Of a stretch of 62,382 nt of DNA, positions 41,463 to 52,500 are shown in pieces. Source of the stretch: a virus; the IMG/VR virus record IMGVR_UViG_3300037418_002157. One strand, given 5' to 3'. The notes beneath the pieces were generated by a model. The model had not been told where the DNA came from and did not search any database. It was given only the letters and a program-made list of their open reading frames with translations. Each line of letters opens with the position of its first letter. Positions within the stretch are counted from its first letter, which is position 1. A program made the translations under genes and the position numbers.

Positions 41463-42890
41463 GTGCTCATGGCCCTCGCGCAGAAGCCGAAGCCGGGTGA
41501 GCCGCTGTGGTGGCTGGACAGGCTGTGGGACGAGCTGGAGGAGCGGCGGAAGTACGCGGAGACGGTCCGCTGCTACTACAGCGGCGATCATCCTCTGGCG
41601 AACATCGCAGACAAGGCCCGCGATGCCTTCCGCAGGCTACTGAAGCAGGCCCGCTCGAACTATGTCGGCCTGGTCGTCGACGCCACCGCGGAACGCATCC
41701 AGGTGGATGGGGTGCGGATCGGGGACGAGAAGGTCGGCGACACTGAGGCGTGGCGGATCTGGCAGGCCAACAACCTCGACGCCGACTCGGATCTGCTCAT
41801 CACAGAGGCGGTGAAGGTGGGGCGGGCGTTCGTGCTTGTCGCACCGAACCCGGGCGACGCCAAGACGCCGATCGTGACGGCGGAGGACTGCACGCAGGCC
41901 ATCGTCGCCTACAAGCCTGGTTCCCGGCGGGAGCGTGCTGCGGGGCTGAAGGTGTGGGAGGACGACTGGACGGGCGACCTGATGGCGACCGTCTACCTCC
42001 CGGACGCCCTGTACAAGTACGAGGCGCCGAAGCCGACGCAGGGCACGACGGGCAAGCCGCGCTGGGTGGCCCGCGAGGTCGAGGGTGAGGCGTGGCCGGC
42101 ACCGAATCCGCTGGGTGTCGTGCCGCTGGTGGAGATGCAGAACCGCCCGGATCTGCTGGGCGGCTGCATGTCGGAGATCGAGGATGTCCTCGACATCCAG
42201 GACCGGATCAACAAGACGCTGATCGACCGGATGATGGCGCAGGAGTTCGCCGCGTTCCGTCAGCGGTGGATGACTGGCTACGAGGTGCCGACGGACGAGT
42301 CCGGGCAGCCGGTCGAGCCGTTCAAGGCGGCCGTGGACCGGTTGTGGGTGATCGAGGACGAGAACGTCAAGGTCGGCGAGTTCGGCGCCACCGACCTCGG
42401 CCCGTACTTGAGCGCGGTCGAGGCGGATGTGAAGGACATGGCGGCCCGCACGCGCACCCCGTCGCAGTACCTGCTCGGCGCGATGGTCAACATCTCCGGT
42501 GACGCGCTGAAGGCCGCCGAGTCCGGCCTCGTCAGCAAGGTCAGGCAGCGGCAACGCCCGTTCGGTGAGGCGATCGAGGAGGTCGTCCGCCTGTACCTGC
42601 AGGCTGCGGGCGATGGACGGGACCTGTCGGCGCTCGAGGTGATCTGGCACAACCCGGAGTTCCGCACCGAGGGCGAACTCGTGGACGCGCTGGTGAAGAT
42701 GTCCACGCTCGGGGTGCCGCGGGAGGCGCTGTGGGAGCGGTGGGGTGCCTCTCAGACGGAGATTGCGCAGTGGCGTGAGCAGGCCGACCAGCAGGCAGCC
42801 AGGATCCTCGGCGGCGACCCGGCGAGCCTGTTCGGTCCGAAGGCTGATGCGTCCGTGACGGAACCGGCGGCCGATGGCAACGCCGACTGA
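41463..42890 (+). CDS. Portal protein
   Basis: 475 aa directly after TerL. SPP1-gp6-like pattern (YYSGDHPL..., LVDATAERI). Confidence 0.88.
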   Translation: MLMALAQKPKPGEPLWWLDRLWDELEERRKYAETVRCYYSGDHPLANIADKARDAFRRLLKQARSNYVGLVVDATAERIQVDGVRIGDEKVGDTEAWRIWQANNLDADSDLLITEAVKVGRAFVLVAPNPGDAKTPIVTAEDCTQAIVAYKPGSRRERAAGLKVWEDDWTGDLMATVYLPDALYKYEAPKPTQGTTGKPRWVAREVEGEAWPAPNPLGVVPLVEMQNRPDLLGGCMSEIEDVLDIQDRINKTLIDRMMAQEFAAFRQRWMTGYEVPTDESGQPVEPFKAAVDRLWVIEDENVKVGEFGATDLGPYLSAVEADVKDMAARTRTPSQYLLGAMVNISGDALKAAESGLVSKVRQRQRPFGEAIEEVVRLYLQAAGDGRDLSALEVIWHNPEFRTEGELVDALVKMSTLGVPREALWERWGASQTEIAQWREQADQQAARILGGDPASLFGPKADASVTEPAADGNAD

Positions 42891-43860
42891 GCTCGGACGC
42901 ACCCGCTACCAGCAGGTGACCACGGTGATCCGCGCCGTCGTCGAACGGGTCCAAGAGCTATGGAAGAGTACGTCCGCGGCATCCATCGAAAGCGACTTGG
43001 AAGGACCGACAGGCGCGGCCATCGTTGCCGCTGTCGCCGAGGGCCAGTTGACGGTGGCGGACGCGGCGCAGGCGTACATCGCCGCACAGATGGCCGCCCA
43101 GGGCGGCTCCGCGGTCGCCGAGGCGACGCTTGTCGCCGCAGCGTTCGCGGGCATCGCTCCGGATGGCGGGCCGCTGGAGACGCTGCTGTTCCTGCCGGCG
43201 ATCGGCGTGCGGAGGCGTCTGGCGGCGGGGATGACGCCGGAGGAGGCCATGCTCGGCGGGCTTGCGGACATGGCCCGCTACGCGTCCACGTCGATCGCGG
43301 ACACGGCCCGCTCAGCGGATCAGGTCGGCATGACGGCGAACCCGAACTGCGTGGCCTACGTGCGCGTGGTCCAACTTCCGGCGTGTTCACGCTGCATTGT
43401 CCTGTCGGGGCGTATGTACACCCGCTCTGAGGGCTTTCTGCGGCATCCGAACTGCGACTGCCAGACGCTGCCTTTGCGGGAGAAGGAGTGGCCGAACGTT
43501 CCGACGCCGCAGCAGCTGTTCGACCGCATGCCATCCGCTGAACAGCGGCGGGTGTTCACGGTGGCGGGCGCGGAAGCGATCCGGTCCGGTGCGGACGCGG
43601 GCCAGGTCGTGAACGCGCGGCGCGGCATGGGAACGGCGCACCTGGCCGGGCGCAGCCTGCGGGTGACGTCGGAGGGTACGACCCGGCGGGGCCTGTACGG
43701 CTCGCGCGCGCGTCGCGCGGGCGGGGAGTTCGCCCGCTTCCCGGGGCAGCGCTACTCGCGGGTGACGACGCCCCGCTTGATGCCGGAGGAGATTCTCCGG
43801 ATCTCGGACGACCGGGCTGAGCAGCTACGGCTGCTGCGCCGGTACGGCTACCTCGTTTAG
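42874..43860 (+). CDS. MuF-like minor capsid/head morphogenesis protein
   Basis: C-terminal ACSRCIVLSGRMY...HPNCDCQ motif, typical of the SPP1 gp7/MuF family. Confidence 0.8.
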   Translation: MATPTELGRTRYQQVTTVIRAVVERVQELWKSTSAASIESDLEGPTGAAIVAAVAEGQLTVADAAQAYIAAQMAAQGGSAVAEATLVAAAFAGIAPDGGPLETLLFLPAIGVRRRLAAGMTPEEAMLGGLADMARYASTSIADTARSADQVGMTANPNCVAYVRVVQLPACSRCIVLSGRMYTRSEGFLRHPNCDCQTLPLREKEWPNVPTPQQLFDRMPSAEQRRVFTVAGAEAIRSGADAGQVVNARRGMGTAHLAGRSLRVTSEGTTRRGLYGSRARRAGGEFARFPGQRYSRVTTPRLMPEEILRISDDRAEQLRLLRRYGYLV

Positions 43861-43913
43861 CCGATCTTGAGTGTCCCTGCCGCGAGGGCGGGGTGTACGG
43901 AAGGACAGCCGCG

Positions 43914-44417
43914 ATGGCTGACGAGAACACCACCGACGTCACCGAGCCGGAGCCCGCGACGGAGCCCGAGCACACCGACGACGTCCCTGCCGGCCTCGGT
44001 GAGGCCGGACAGAAGGCACTGGCCGCAGAGCGCAAGGCGAAGGCGGCAGCCGAGAAGCAGGCCAAGGCCGCGCAGAAGCAGCTCGACGAGGTGACCAAGC
44101 GGCTGCAGGAGTTCGAGGACCGCGACAAGACCGAGGCGCAGAAGCTTGCCGAGGCGAAGACGGTGGCAGAGCGCGAGGCGGCGACCGCCAAGCAGGAGCT
44201 CATGCGCTACCGCGTCGCGGCGAAGAAGAAGCTCCCCGCCGAACTCGCGAACCGCCTGCACGGTGCGACCGAGGAGGAGATGGCGGAGGACGCCGACAGG
44301 CTCCTTGAAGTCTTCGGCCAGCGGTCCACCCCGAATTTCGACGGCGGCGTGCGTAAGCCCGCTGCCGCCCCGACCGACATGAATGCCCTGATCCGCCAGA
44401 AGGCGGGGCTGGGCTGA
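43914..44417 (+). CDS. Scaffolding protein
   Basis: Acidic N-terminus, then a long K/A/E coiled coil (KALAAERKAKAAAEKQAKAAQKQLDE). Located just before the capsid gene. Confidence 0.75.
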   Translation: MADENTTDVTEPEPATEPEHTDDVPAGLGEAGQKALAAERKAKAAAEKQAKAAQKQLDEVTKRLQEFEDRDKTEAQKLAEAKTVAEREAATAKQELMRYRVAAKKKLPAELANRLHGATEEEMAEDADRLLEVFGQRSTPNFDGGVRKPAAAPTDMNALIRQKAGLG

Positions 44418-44471
44418 GTAACCCCCGGCACGGCGAGGTCCGGCCGGTAATCCGAGGAGGAGGGCCGGACT

Positions 44472-45422
44472 GTGGCCTACAACAACGTGACCTCGCGGAC
44501 GGACGCTTCGGCGCTCATCCCGGAAGAGGTCTCCAACGAGATGCTCGGCAAGGCGACTGAGCAGTCCGCCGCGCTGAGCCTGTTCCGGCGGGTGCCGGTG
44601 GGCCGCGCTCAGGTCCGGTTCCCGGTCCTGTCTGCGCTGCCGGTGGCCTACTTCGTCGGCGGTGACACTGGTCTGAAGCAGACGACCGAGGTCGCGTGGG
44701 CGAACAAGTTCCTCAACATCGAGGAGATCGCCACGATCATGCCGGTCCCGGACAACGTCCTGGCCGACGTGGACGCCAACATCTGGGACGAGGCGATGCC
44801 TCTCCTGACCGAGGCGTTCGGCCGCACCCTCGACGCGGCGATCTTCTTCGGGACGAACGCCCCGTCCTCGTGGCCGTCCGACGTCACCACCGCGGCGACC
44901 GCAGCGGGCAACGACGTCACCGAGAGCGCAACGGCAGCGCAGGGTGGGTTCTTCGGCGACCTGGACAACCTGTACGAGAAGGTCGAGGCCGACGGTTACG
45001 AGATCGACGGCTGGGTCGCGTCGACGTCGGCGAAGTCGAAGCTGCGCAAGGCGCGCGACACCCAGGGCCGCAAGCTCGACGAGACCCGCGTCAGCGGCAA
45101 CCTGATGACGCTGGACGGGCTGCCGGTCGCCTACGCGATGCGCGGCCTGTTCCCGTCCGGCGGCGGCGCCGGCACGAACACCCGCCTGTTCGGCGGTGAC
45201 TGGTCGCAGTTCGTTCTCGGTGTCCGCCAGGACATCACGATGAAGATCCTCGATCAGGCCGTCATTCAGGACAACACCGGCGCGATCATGTTCAACCTCG
45301 CACAGCAGGACATGACGGCGGTGCGCCTGACGTTCCGTGTGGGCTGGCAGGTCTCGAACCCGATCAACAACGAGCAGCCGACCGAGGCGTCCCGCTACCC
45401 GGCCGGCGTCCTGAAGTACTGA
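44472..45422 (+). CDS. Major capsid protein (HK97 fold)
   Basis: 316 aa. LIPEEVSNEMLGKATEQSAALSLFRRVPV... pattern and position after the scaffold. GTG with a GGAGGAGGG RBS. Confidence 0.88.
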   Translation: MAYNNVTSRTDASALIPEEVSNEMLGKATEQSAALSLFRRVPVGRAQVRFPVLSALPVAYFVGGDTGLKQTTEVAWANKFLNIEEIATIMPVPDNVLADVDANIWDEAMPLLTEAFGRTLDAAIFFGTNAPSSWPSDVTTAATAAGNDVTESATAAQGGFFGDLDNLYEKVEADGYEIDGWVASTSAKSKLRKARDTQGRKLDETRVSGNLMTLDGLPVAYAMRGLFPSGGGAGTNTRLFGGDWSQFVLGVRQDITMKILDQAVIQDNTGAIMFNLAQQDMTAVRLTFRVGWQVSNPINNEQPTEASRYPAGVLKY

Positions 45423-45450
45423 CCCGCATCAAGGAAGAGAGGTATCCGTC

Positions 45451-45855
45451 ATGACCACTGCTCCCTTCGTGCAGGTCATCGAGCGCAACGTGCCTGCCGT
45501 ATCGACGGCGGGGAACGACGACGACACCGTGCTGGGCCAGGCGCCGTTCGCCTGCACGGTTACGGCTGTGCAGTACGTCCCCGAGGCCGCCATCACCGGT
45601 GCCGACACCAACAGCCGCACCGTCAGCCTCGTCAACAAGGGTCAGGTCGGGTCCGGCACCACCACGGTCGCCTCGCTCGCCCTGACCAACGGCGTCAACG
45701 CCGCCGCGAACGACGAGAAGACCATCACCCTGTCCGGTACGGCGGCGAATCTGGTCCTGGCGGCCGGAGACACGCTGCAGTGGCGGTCCATCCACGTCGG
45801 CACCGGCATCACCGACCCCGGCGGCGTCGTCCGGGTCACCATCTCCAGGAGCTGA
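45451..45855 (+). CDS. Hypothetical head-associated protein (134 aa)
   Basis: ORF track. Position between the capsid and connector genes. Confidence 0.6.
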   Translation: MTTAPFVQVIERNVPAVSTAGNDDDTVLGQAPFACTVTAVQYVPEAAITGADTNSRTVSLVNKGQVGSGTTTVASLALTNGVNAAANDEKTITLSGTAANLVLAAGDTLQWRSIHVGTGITDPGGVVRVTISRS

Positions 45856-45866
45856 GGAGCGGACTC

Positions 45867-46094
45867 ATGGCTGAGCGGAAGACCGCCGCGCCGAAGGACG
45901 AGGCGCAGCAGGAAGTGCAGAAGGTGTTCGACGAGGCTGAGGACAAGGGCTTCCTCGGCGTCTCTGTGGATCCGACACCCAAGGATCATTACACCGTCGC
46001 CGGTGTCATCGCCGGCAAGCCGACTCCGGAGACGGACGCCGGCCACGCGCGCGAGGTGCGGCAGAAGCTCGACGACGACGCCCGGGCGCGCTGA
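45867..46094 (+). CDS. Hypothetical protein (75 aa)
   Basis: Tail of ORF 45780..46094 from the ATG at 45867. Confidence 0.5.
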   Translation: MAERKTAAPKDEAQQEVQKVFDEAEDKGFLGVSVDPTPKDHYTVAGVIAGKPTPETDAGHAREVRQKLDDDARAR

Positions 46095-46109
46095 CGAGGG
46101 GAGGCTGCC

Positions 46110-46721
46110 GTGGCTGTGCTTCCCTCGCTGGCGACGGTGGCCGACCTCGCCACCCTGCTCGGCCGCACGTTCACGCCAGAGCAGGAGCTGCAGGCGCAGG
46201 CCCTGTTGGATCAGGCGTCTAGTGTCGTCCGCGCCTACGTCCGGCAGGACATCACGCGGGCGACGACGACGGACACGTTCACGATGCGGCGCGCGGATCC
46301 GCTGCTGCACGCCTGCGGCGGGGTGGTGACGCTGCCCCAGCGTCCGATCGTGGATATCGCCAGCGTGCTCATCGACGGCACGACTACGCAGGACTGGTGG
46401 CAGGAAGGCAGCGACCTCCTGCTGCGTTCGTGGGCGTGGGACCAGCCGCCGGCCGCGCACCGACCGCCGCAGGTCACGGTCACCTACACGCACGGCGATG
46501 ATCCGATCCCGGGCGACATACAGGCGATCGTGCTGCAGGCCGCGAACCGGGTCATCGTCAACCCGTCCGGGATCCGCTCGGAGACGGTGGGTGGCGAGTC
46601 CGTCACTTATCTGATCCCGGCGGTCGGCGAGTACCTGGGTGTGCTGCTGTCCCGCACGGAGCAGAAGGTGCTGGACCGCTACCGACGCACCGCCGGGTCG
46701 GTCCGGCTGCGGAGCCGATGA
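46110..46721 (+). CDS. Head-to-tail adaptor/connector
   Basis: LATVADLATLLGRTFTPEQELQAQALLDQASSVVRAYV is a gp6-like pattern. Synteny supports the call. Confidence 0.7.
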   Translation: MAVLPSLATVADLATLLGRTFTPEQELQAQALLDQASSVVRAYVRQDITRATTTDTFTMRRADPLLHACGGVVTLPQRPIVDIASVLIDGTTTQDWWQEGSDLLLRSWAWDQPPAAHRPPQVTVTYTHGDDPIPGDIQAIVLQAANRVIVNPSGIRSETVGGESVTYLIPAVGEYLGVLLSRTEQKVLDRYRRTAGSVRLRSR

Positions 46722-47059
46722 TGCTGTATCTGCAGGACATCGTCATCGTCCGCCCGGGTGTGATGGTCGACGAGTACGAGACCGAGCAGCCCGACTGGGG
46801 CGCGGGAGCCACCCGCACCACCGTGTTGGGCGTGAACGTGCAGCCGTCGGGTGGTTCGACGGAGGACACCGACGACAAGCAGGTCACCGTGACGGGCTGG
46901 CGCCTGTACACGCCGCGCGGTATGGACTTGGACCTTCGGGAGACCGACCGGGTCGAGACGTGGGGGACGACGATGCAGGTTGTCGGCAAGGTGGCCCGCT
47001 GGCCCGCTCCGGGCGGTGGCGTGCACCATGTGGAGGCGGATCTGCGGGAGGTGGCCTGA
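46718..47059 (+). CDS. Head closure / head-tail joining protein
   Basis: 113 aa. Synteny and an SPP1 gp16-like size. ATGA coupling. Confidence 0.65.
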   Translation: MMLYLQDIVIVRPGVMVDEYETEQPDWGAGATRTTVLGVNVQPSGGSTEDTDDKQVTVTGWRLYTPRGMDLDLRETDRVETWGTTMQVVGKVARWPAPGGGVHHVEADLREVA

Positions 47060-47436
47060 TGGCCCGCAGCTCGTTCCGGTACGTGCCCAATCCGAACATG
47101 TACCGGGAACTGGCCCGGCAGCATCAGATGCGGGACGCGTTGAAGGACGTCGCGGACCGCGGCGCCGATGTGGCCCGGGCGATAGCCCCGACATACACCG
47201 GTCCGACCTACGATCCGGCGGTGCAGCGGCACGGCGAGTACGCGGCGAGCGTGTACTCGGCGGCGAGCCTGCGGCCGAACGGGTGGCGGGCGGAGTTCGG
47301 TGCGGACGCCCCGTGGACGTTGCAGGTGGAGTTTGGTTCGGGCCGCCCGGCCACCAGCCGGGACCGGCCGCAGACGGGCTGGTCTCCGAAGACGCGCACG
47401 CTGGGGCGTGCCCTGGACGTATTGAGGAGCACGTGA
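47059..47436 (+). CDS. Tail completion protein (HK97 gp10-like)
   Basis: 125 aa. ...TLQVEFGS motif. Synteny supports the call. Confidence 0.6.
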   Translation: MARSSFRYVPNPNMYRELARQHQMRDALKDVADRGADVARAIAPTYTGPTYDPAVQRHGEYAASVYSAASLRPNGWRAEFGADAPWTLQVEFGSGRPATSRDRPQTGWSPKTRTLGRALDVLRST

Positions 47437-47663
47437 TGCCTCGGATCAAGCTCGCATCCTGGTACGGGGACAAGTCCCCCGGCGAGGAGATGGACGTCGA
47501 CGACGCCGCGTTGAAGGCGCTGCGCCGAGACGGCCTCGTCGCCGAAGTGCTCGGCGGCGACGAAGATGGCGCGCCTGAGCCTGACGCGTCCCAGGCTGCC
47601 AACGACAGTGGTGAGCCGGATGCCGCGAAGCCGGCGCCACGGTCTGGCCGCAGTAAGCGATGA
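47436..47663 (+). CDS. Hypothetical protein (75 aa)
   Basis: Coupled ATG at 47436. Acidic protein. Confidence 0.5.
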   Translation: MPRIKLASWYGDKSPGEEMDVDDAALKALRRDGLVAEVLGGDEDGAPEPDASQAANDSGEPDAAKPAPRSGRSKR

Positions 47664-48079
47664 GCGGCATGCCGGTTGCGGCGATGCCGGACGTGGAGCA
47701 GGCCGTCGTCGTCTTCCTGAAAGGCGTCCTGGCGCCCGGGACGGTCGTCGGCGTGGAGTGGCCGCCCGATCTGGCGTCCAAGCTTGCGGCCGGCGTGGTG
47801 TCGGTGACGCTCGGCGGCGGCGGCTCCCGGCAGAAGGCGGTGACGGCGGATCGCACCGTTGACATCGACGTCCTCGCCGCGACGAAGAAGCAGGCTCGCG
47901 ATCTGGCCGCGGACGTGTCTGCCCAACTGATTGCCGCGCAGGGTACGGTGCAGCCGGGCGCCCGCGTCTACGGCGTGGACGAGACATCCCTGGTGTGGCT
48001 GCCGTATCAGGCATCAGCTGAGACGGATCCGATTCCGCGGTACGTGCTCGTGATGAGCATGGTCATCCGCCCCGCGTAG
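47660..48079 (+). CDS. Tail terminator
   Basis: 139 aa immediately upstream of the major tail gene. Confidence 0.6.
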   Translation: MSGMPVAAMPDVEQAVVVFLKGVLAPGTVVGVEWPPDLASKLAAGVVSVTLGGGGSRQKAVTADRTVDIDVLAATKKQARDLAADVSAQLIAAQGTVQPGARVYGVDETSLVWLPYQASAETDPIPRYVLVMSMVIRPA

Positions 48080-48160
48080 CAGCACCCAACCCGCACCCCC
48101 TTTCCCCTTTCACCCGTCGGCGTTCGGCCTGCGGGTCCTCGCTATGCCTGGAGGCTTCCC

Positions 48161-48718
48161 GTGGCACTCGACGCCGACAACGTGCGCGTTGGCCTGAACG
48201 GAAACGTCTACATCGCCCCGAAGGGCACCACCGCCCCCACCGACCTGACCACAGCGTGGGGGGCCGGCTGGGTCGACCTCGGCTACCTGTCCGACGACGG
48301 CGTCGAGATGACGTACTCGACGGACACCGAGGACATCAACGCCTGGCAGTCCCTGTCCCCGGTGCGGAAGGTGCTGACCGGTGTCGACATGACGCTCGGC
48401 TTCACCGCGATCGAGCTCAAGACCAGCACGGTCACCCTGTACTTCCCGTCGTCGACGATGACGGACGTATCGGCGGGCGTGCACAAGCTGGCCATCCCTG
48501 CCGCGCCTTCCCCGGACGAGCGGGCGATCGGCCTGGAGTGGGTCGACGGCAGCATCACAAACCGTCTGATCATCGCCCGTGGCGAGGTCACCAACCGCGA
48601 CAGCATCACTCTCGCCCGCTCCGGCGCGGTCGCGCTGCCGATGACCGTGTCGGCCTACGCGGACACCGCACCGGAGATCGCGATCTGGCTGTCCAACGAC
48701 CCGGCCTGGGCCGCGTAA
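48161..48718 (+). CDS. Major tail protein
   Basis: 185 aa. VGLNGNVYIAPKGTTAPTDL...GYLSDDGVE pattern. Followed by a hairpin and the chaperone genes. Confidence 0.85.
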   Translation: MALDADNVRVGLNGNVYIAPKGTTAPTDLTTAWGAGWVDLGYLSDDGVEMTYSTDTEDINAWQSLSPVRKVLTGVDMTLGFTAIELKTSTVTLYFPSSTMTDVSAGVHKLAIPAAPSPDERAIGLEWVDGSITNRLIIARGEVTNRDSITLARSGAVALPMTVSAYADTAPEIAIWLSNDPAWAA

Positions 48719-48725
48719 CGAGTCT

Positions 48726-48763
48726 CCCCGGCAGGCACGCGAGCGGGTCGTCGCCTGCCGGGG
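48726..48763 (+). terminator. Stem-loop after the major tail gene
   Basis: 11-bp stem ccccggcaggc / gcctgccgggg, followed by ttcaacc. Confidence 0.5.
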
Positions 48764-48792
48764 TTCAACCCGCTCACCCGCAGGAGAACCTC

Positions 48793-49128
48793 ATGACCAC
48801 CAGCAAGAAGCCCGTCGGCCGCGAAGTCGTCTCCCTCGACTCGCTGGCCAAGCAGAAGCGGGACGCCCTGCCGGAGCCGACCACGTTCGAGCTGCACGGC
48901 GTCGAGTTCACGCTGCCCCCGATGCGCCTGCTGCCGTTCGAGTTGCAGGAGCGCGTGGGCGACCTGAACAACGTGCCGGGTGTCCTGCGGGATGTCCTCG
49001 GCGCCGAGAAGCTGCAGGAGATGTACGCCGCCGGCTACACATTCCTCGACATCGAACTCGTCGCCCAGAAGTGGCAGGAGCATTCCGGGCTGGAGTCGGG
49101 GGAATCGCCGGCCTCCGCCGCTTCCTGA
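48793..49128 (+). CDS. Tail assembly chaperone (G-like)
   Basis: 111 aa between the major tail and tape measure genes. Confidence 0.8.
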   Translation: MTTSKKPVGREVVSLDSLAKQKRDALPEPTTFELHGVEFTLPPMRLLPFELQERVGDLNNVPGVLRDVLGAEKLQEMYAAGYTFLDIELVAQKWQEHSGLESGESPASAAS

Positions 49129-49541
49129 CGGAGTACGGGGAGGCCGTCGAGTGGGATGTGGCCCGCTACTGGCCGGGCCGGTCCCTGCTGGAGTTGTACC
49201 GGGGTGAGATGTCGTGGCGTGAGCTGCGCGTGTTCCTGCAGTTCCTGCCGCCGGATTCTGCGACAGCGCGAGCCGTGCGCGGCTCCACACCGGAAGAGGA
49301 CGCCTGGACGCTGGAGCGGCAACTGCTGGCCAGCGCGGTGGACGCCATTCGGGAGAACACGTTCGCCACGGTCAAGGTCGGCGGGGACCCGAAGAAGACG
49401 GGCCGCCTCAGGCCACCGGATCCGATTCCGCGGCCGGGCGTGGAGGTCAAGAAGTCCAACGTGATCCGCTTCGGTGGCCGTCACGGCTCCGGGGCTGCAC
49501 AACTGGCGAGGGTCTTCGGGAGGCCTGCCGCGAACCAGTAA
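48793..49541 (+). CDS. Tail assembly chaperone, -1 frameshift product (G-T-like)
   Basis: ORF 49071..49541 is open in the -1 frame and overlaps the G 3' end. Candidate slip site G GGG GAA at 49098-49104. Confidence 0.65.
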
Positions 49542-49554
49542 ATGGGGGTGCGCG

Positions 49555-52500
49555 GTGGCTGCTGGCGGTGTCCTCGTCGGACGCGGGTACGTGTCCATCC
49601 GGCCCGAGTTCGAGGGCGACTGGTCCCGTTCCGTCAACGCCCGCGCATCCAGCGCTGGACGCTCCGGGGCGGGCGCCTTCAGTAAGGCGTTCGGCGCCGG
49701 CCTGAAGGGGATCGGCGCGCTTGCGGGGGTGGCGATCGGCGCGAACCTTGCGTCGGCCGCCGCCGGAGCGGCAGCCCTCGCGCCCGCGTTGGCCACTGCG
49801 GGGGCCGCGGCCGGCGCCCTGAAACTGGGGCTGTCCGGTGTCGGGGAGGCGTTCAAGCAGGCGTTCTCCAACTCCACAGCAGACGCCACCGCTGCCGCTT
49901 CCGCGACGAAGGCCGTGGAGTCGGCGCAGCGCGGGCTGGCGAACGCGCAGCGCGCGCTCGCGCAGGCGCGTGTGGACGCGGCCGAGCGCGTGAAGGACGC
50001 CCAGCGCGGTGTCCGTGACGCGGAGCGGGATCTCGCCGACGCTCAGCGCGACGCCCGGGACGTCCAGTCCGAGCTGAACGCCGCCCGCCAGGAAGCCGCG
50101 CGGGCCCTTGAGGACATGAACACCCGCCTCAAGGAGTCCCAGCTCGACGAGCGTGAGGCAGCGCTGCGGCTGGCGCAGGCGCAGAAGGAACTGGCGGCGG
50201 CGCAAGCCAACCCGGGCACCACACCCGAGGAGCTGGCGAAGCTTCAGTTGGCCTACGATCGGGCGACGCTGAATCTGCAGGAGCAGCGTACCGAGACGAA
50301 GCGGCTCGCCGAGGACACCAAGAAGGCGAACAAGGCTGGCGTCGAAGGCTCCAAGCAGGTCGTTGACGCCAAGAAGAAAATCTCCGACGCCAACCGGAAT
50401 GTTGCCGACAAGGAGCGTGCGCTCGCCGACGCGCAAGCGAATGTCGACAAGGCGCGCGCGGACGGACAGCGGCAGATCGAGAACGCCCAGCGTGCCGTCG
50501 CCGACGCTGCCGCGGCGGTAGCCGACGCTCAGGCCGCGGCGGCAGCGCAGACGTCGAAGTTCGACCAGGCGATGTCGAAGCTGGCACCGAACGCGCAGAG
50601 CTTCGTGCGCACCGTGCAAAGCCTGGCGCCGGCCTGGGATGCGATGCGCCTGTCGGTGCAGAACGAGTTGTTTAAGGGCCTCGACGCAACGGTCACCGGG
50701 CTGGCGCGGACGACGATCCCGGTCCTGCAGCGGGGGCTCACCGGCACGGCCGGGATCTGGAACACCATCGCGAAGAACGCCGCGTCCGGTGTGCAGGAGA
50801 TGGCCAAGTCCGGGATGCTCGAGGACATCCTGAAGGGCGCCAACGACAACCTGCGCGTCTTCCAGAACACGCCCAAGCAGATCATCACCGCGTTCGGGCA
50901 GCTCAGCGTCGCCGCTCAGCCCGCCTTCAACGGGCTGCTGCAGAAGTTTGCCGGGGCCATCACCTCGTTCACGGACGGCATCGCGAAGAGCTTCACGTCG
51001 GGTGGCCTGCAGGACGCCATCGACACCGCGTTCGGGATCCTCTCTCAGTTCGGCACGCTGCTCGGTAACGCGTTCGGCGTCGTGACGCAGATCTTTAAGG
51101 CCGCCTCCGACGCGGGCGGCCAGATCGTCGGCGTGCTCGGCGCCGTCTTCGGTGAGCTGGAGCGGATCCTTGCCACACCGGAGATGCAGGCCGCACTGCG
51201 AACCCTGTTCGCGTCCGTGGCCCGGATCGTCACCGCGATCGTCCCGGTCATCGGTGCGATCGTGCAGGCGGTGGTGCCGCTGGTGGCCGCGCTCGCCCCG
51301 GTCATCGCCGACCTGGCCGAGAAGATCGGTCCCGTCCTCGTCGAACTCGCGGGCGTGCTGGGGAAGGCGCTGGCGCCGATCATCACTGCGCTGATGCCCG
51401 TGGTGGACACTGTCGGCAGCGTCCTCGCCGGCATCGTGCAGAACCTGATGCCCCTGCTGCAGCCTCTCGGGCTGCTCATCGGCGCGGTCATCAGGGCGCT
51501 CGCCCCGGTCCTGTCGGTGATCGGCCGCAGCCTCAACACGGTACTGCGAGCGGTGGTGACGGCGCTGGTGCCAGTCATCTACGCGCTACTGCCGGCGGTC
51601 GGCCAGTTCGGAAAGTTGTTCGCGGACCTGGCGCCTCTGTTCCCGCCTCTCGTGAAGGCGGTGCTGCCGCTACTGCCGCCGCTCACGCAGCTGTCCATCC
51701 AGCTGCTGCAGCTGGCCGTCGACATCATCACCCCGCTGATGCCGCTCATCGTTGGTCTGGCGACGCTGCTCACCGGGATGTTCGCCGACGCCATGGGGCG
51801 CCTCGTGCCGATCATGTCCGGTGTCATCGGAGCCGTCAGCAGGTTTGTGAAGGCCATCGACGACGGGGTGCGCTGGGTTGTCGACCGCTTCACGTGGCTG
51901 TACGACGTCCTGCTCGGGCATTCGATCATCCCGGACATCGTGAACGGCACCATCGGCTGGTTCGCCACCCTATGGACGCGGCTGAGAGAAATCGTCACCG
52001 CGATCCGGGACGGCGTCGTCGGCCGCTTCCAGGGCCTCAAGACGGGCGCCCTCAAGATCTGGTCCGACTTCTGGGGCCGGGTCACATCGATCAGCTCCAA
52101 CGCGTTGACGTCCGTCCGGCAGGGCTTCGACGGGTTCAGCTCCGGCTTGGCGGGCGCGTTCAAGAGCCTGCGCGACAACATCGGAACCATCTGGGCAGGC
52201 CTGAGGAAGGCCACCAAGGACCCGATCAACTTCGTCCTGGGCACGGTGTGGAACAAGGGCGTCGTCAAGGCGTGGGGCCGCATCTCCGACTGGGTGCCCG
52301 GCCTGCCGAAGTTGAAGGAGTTGCCGCTGCTGGCGCAGGGCGGCATGCTGCCCGTGCAGCCGGGCGTCTTCAACACCCCGACGGCGATCGTCGGCGAGGG
52401 CAACCCCAAGCACCCCGAGTACGTCATCCCCACCGACCCGAAATACCGGGGCCGGGCGCTCGCCCTGTGGCAGGCTGCGGGCGGCCAGCTGATGGAAGAC

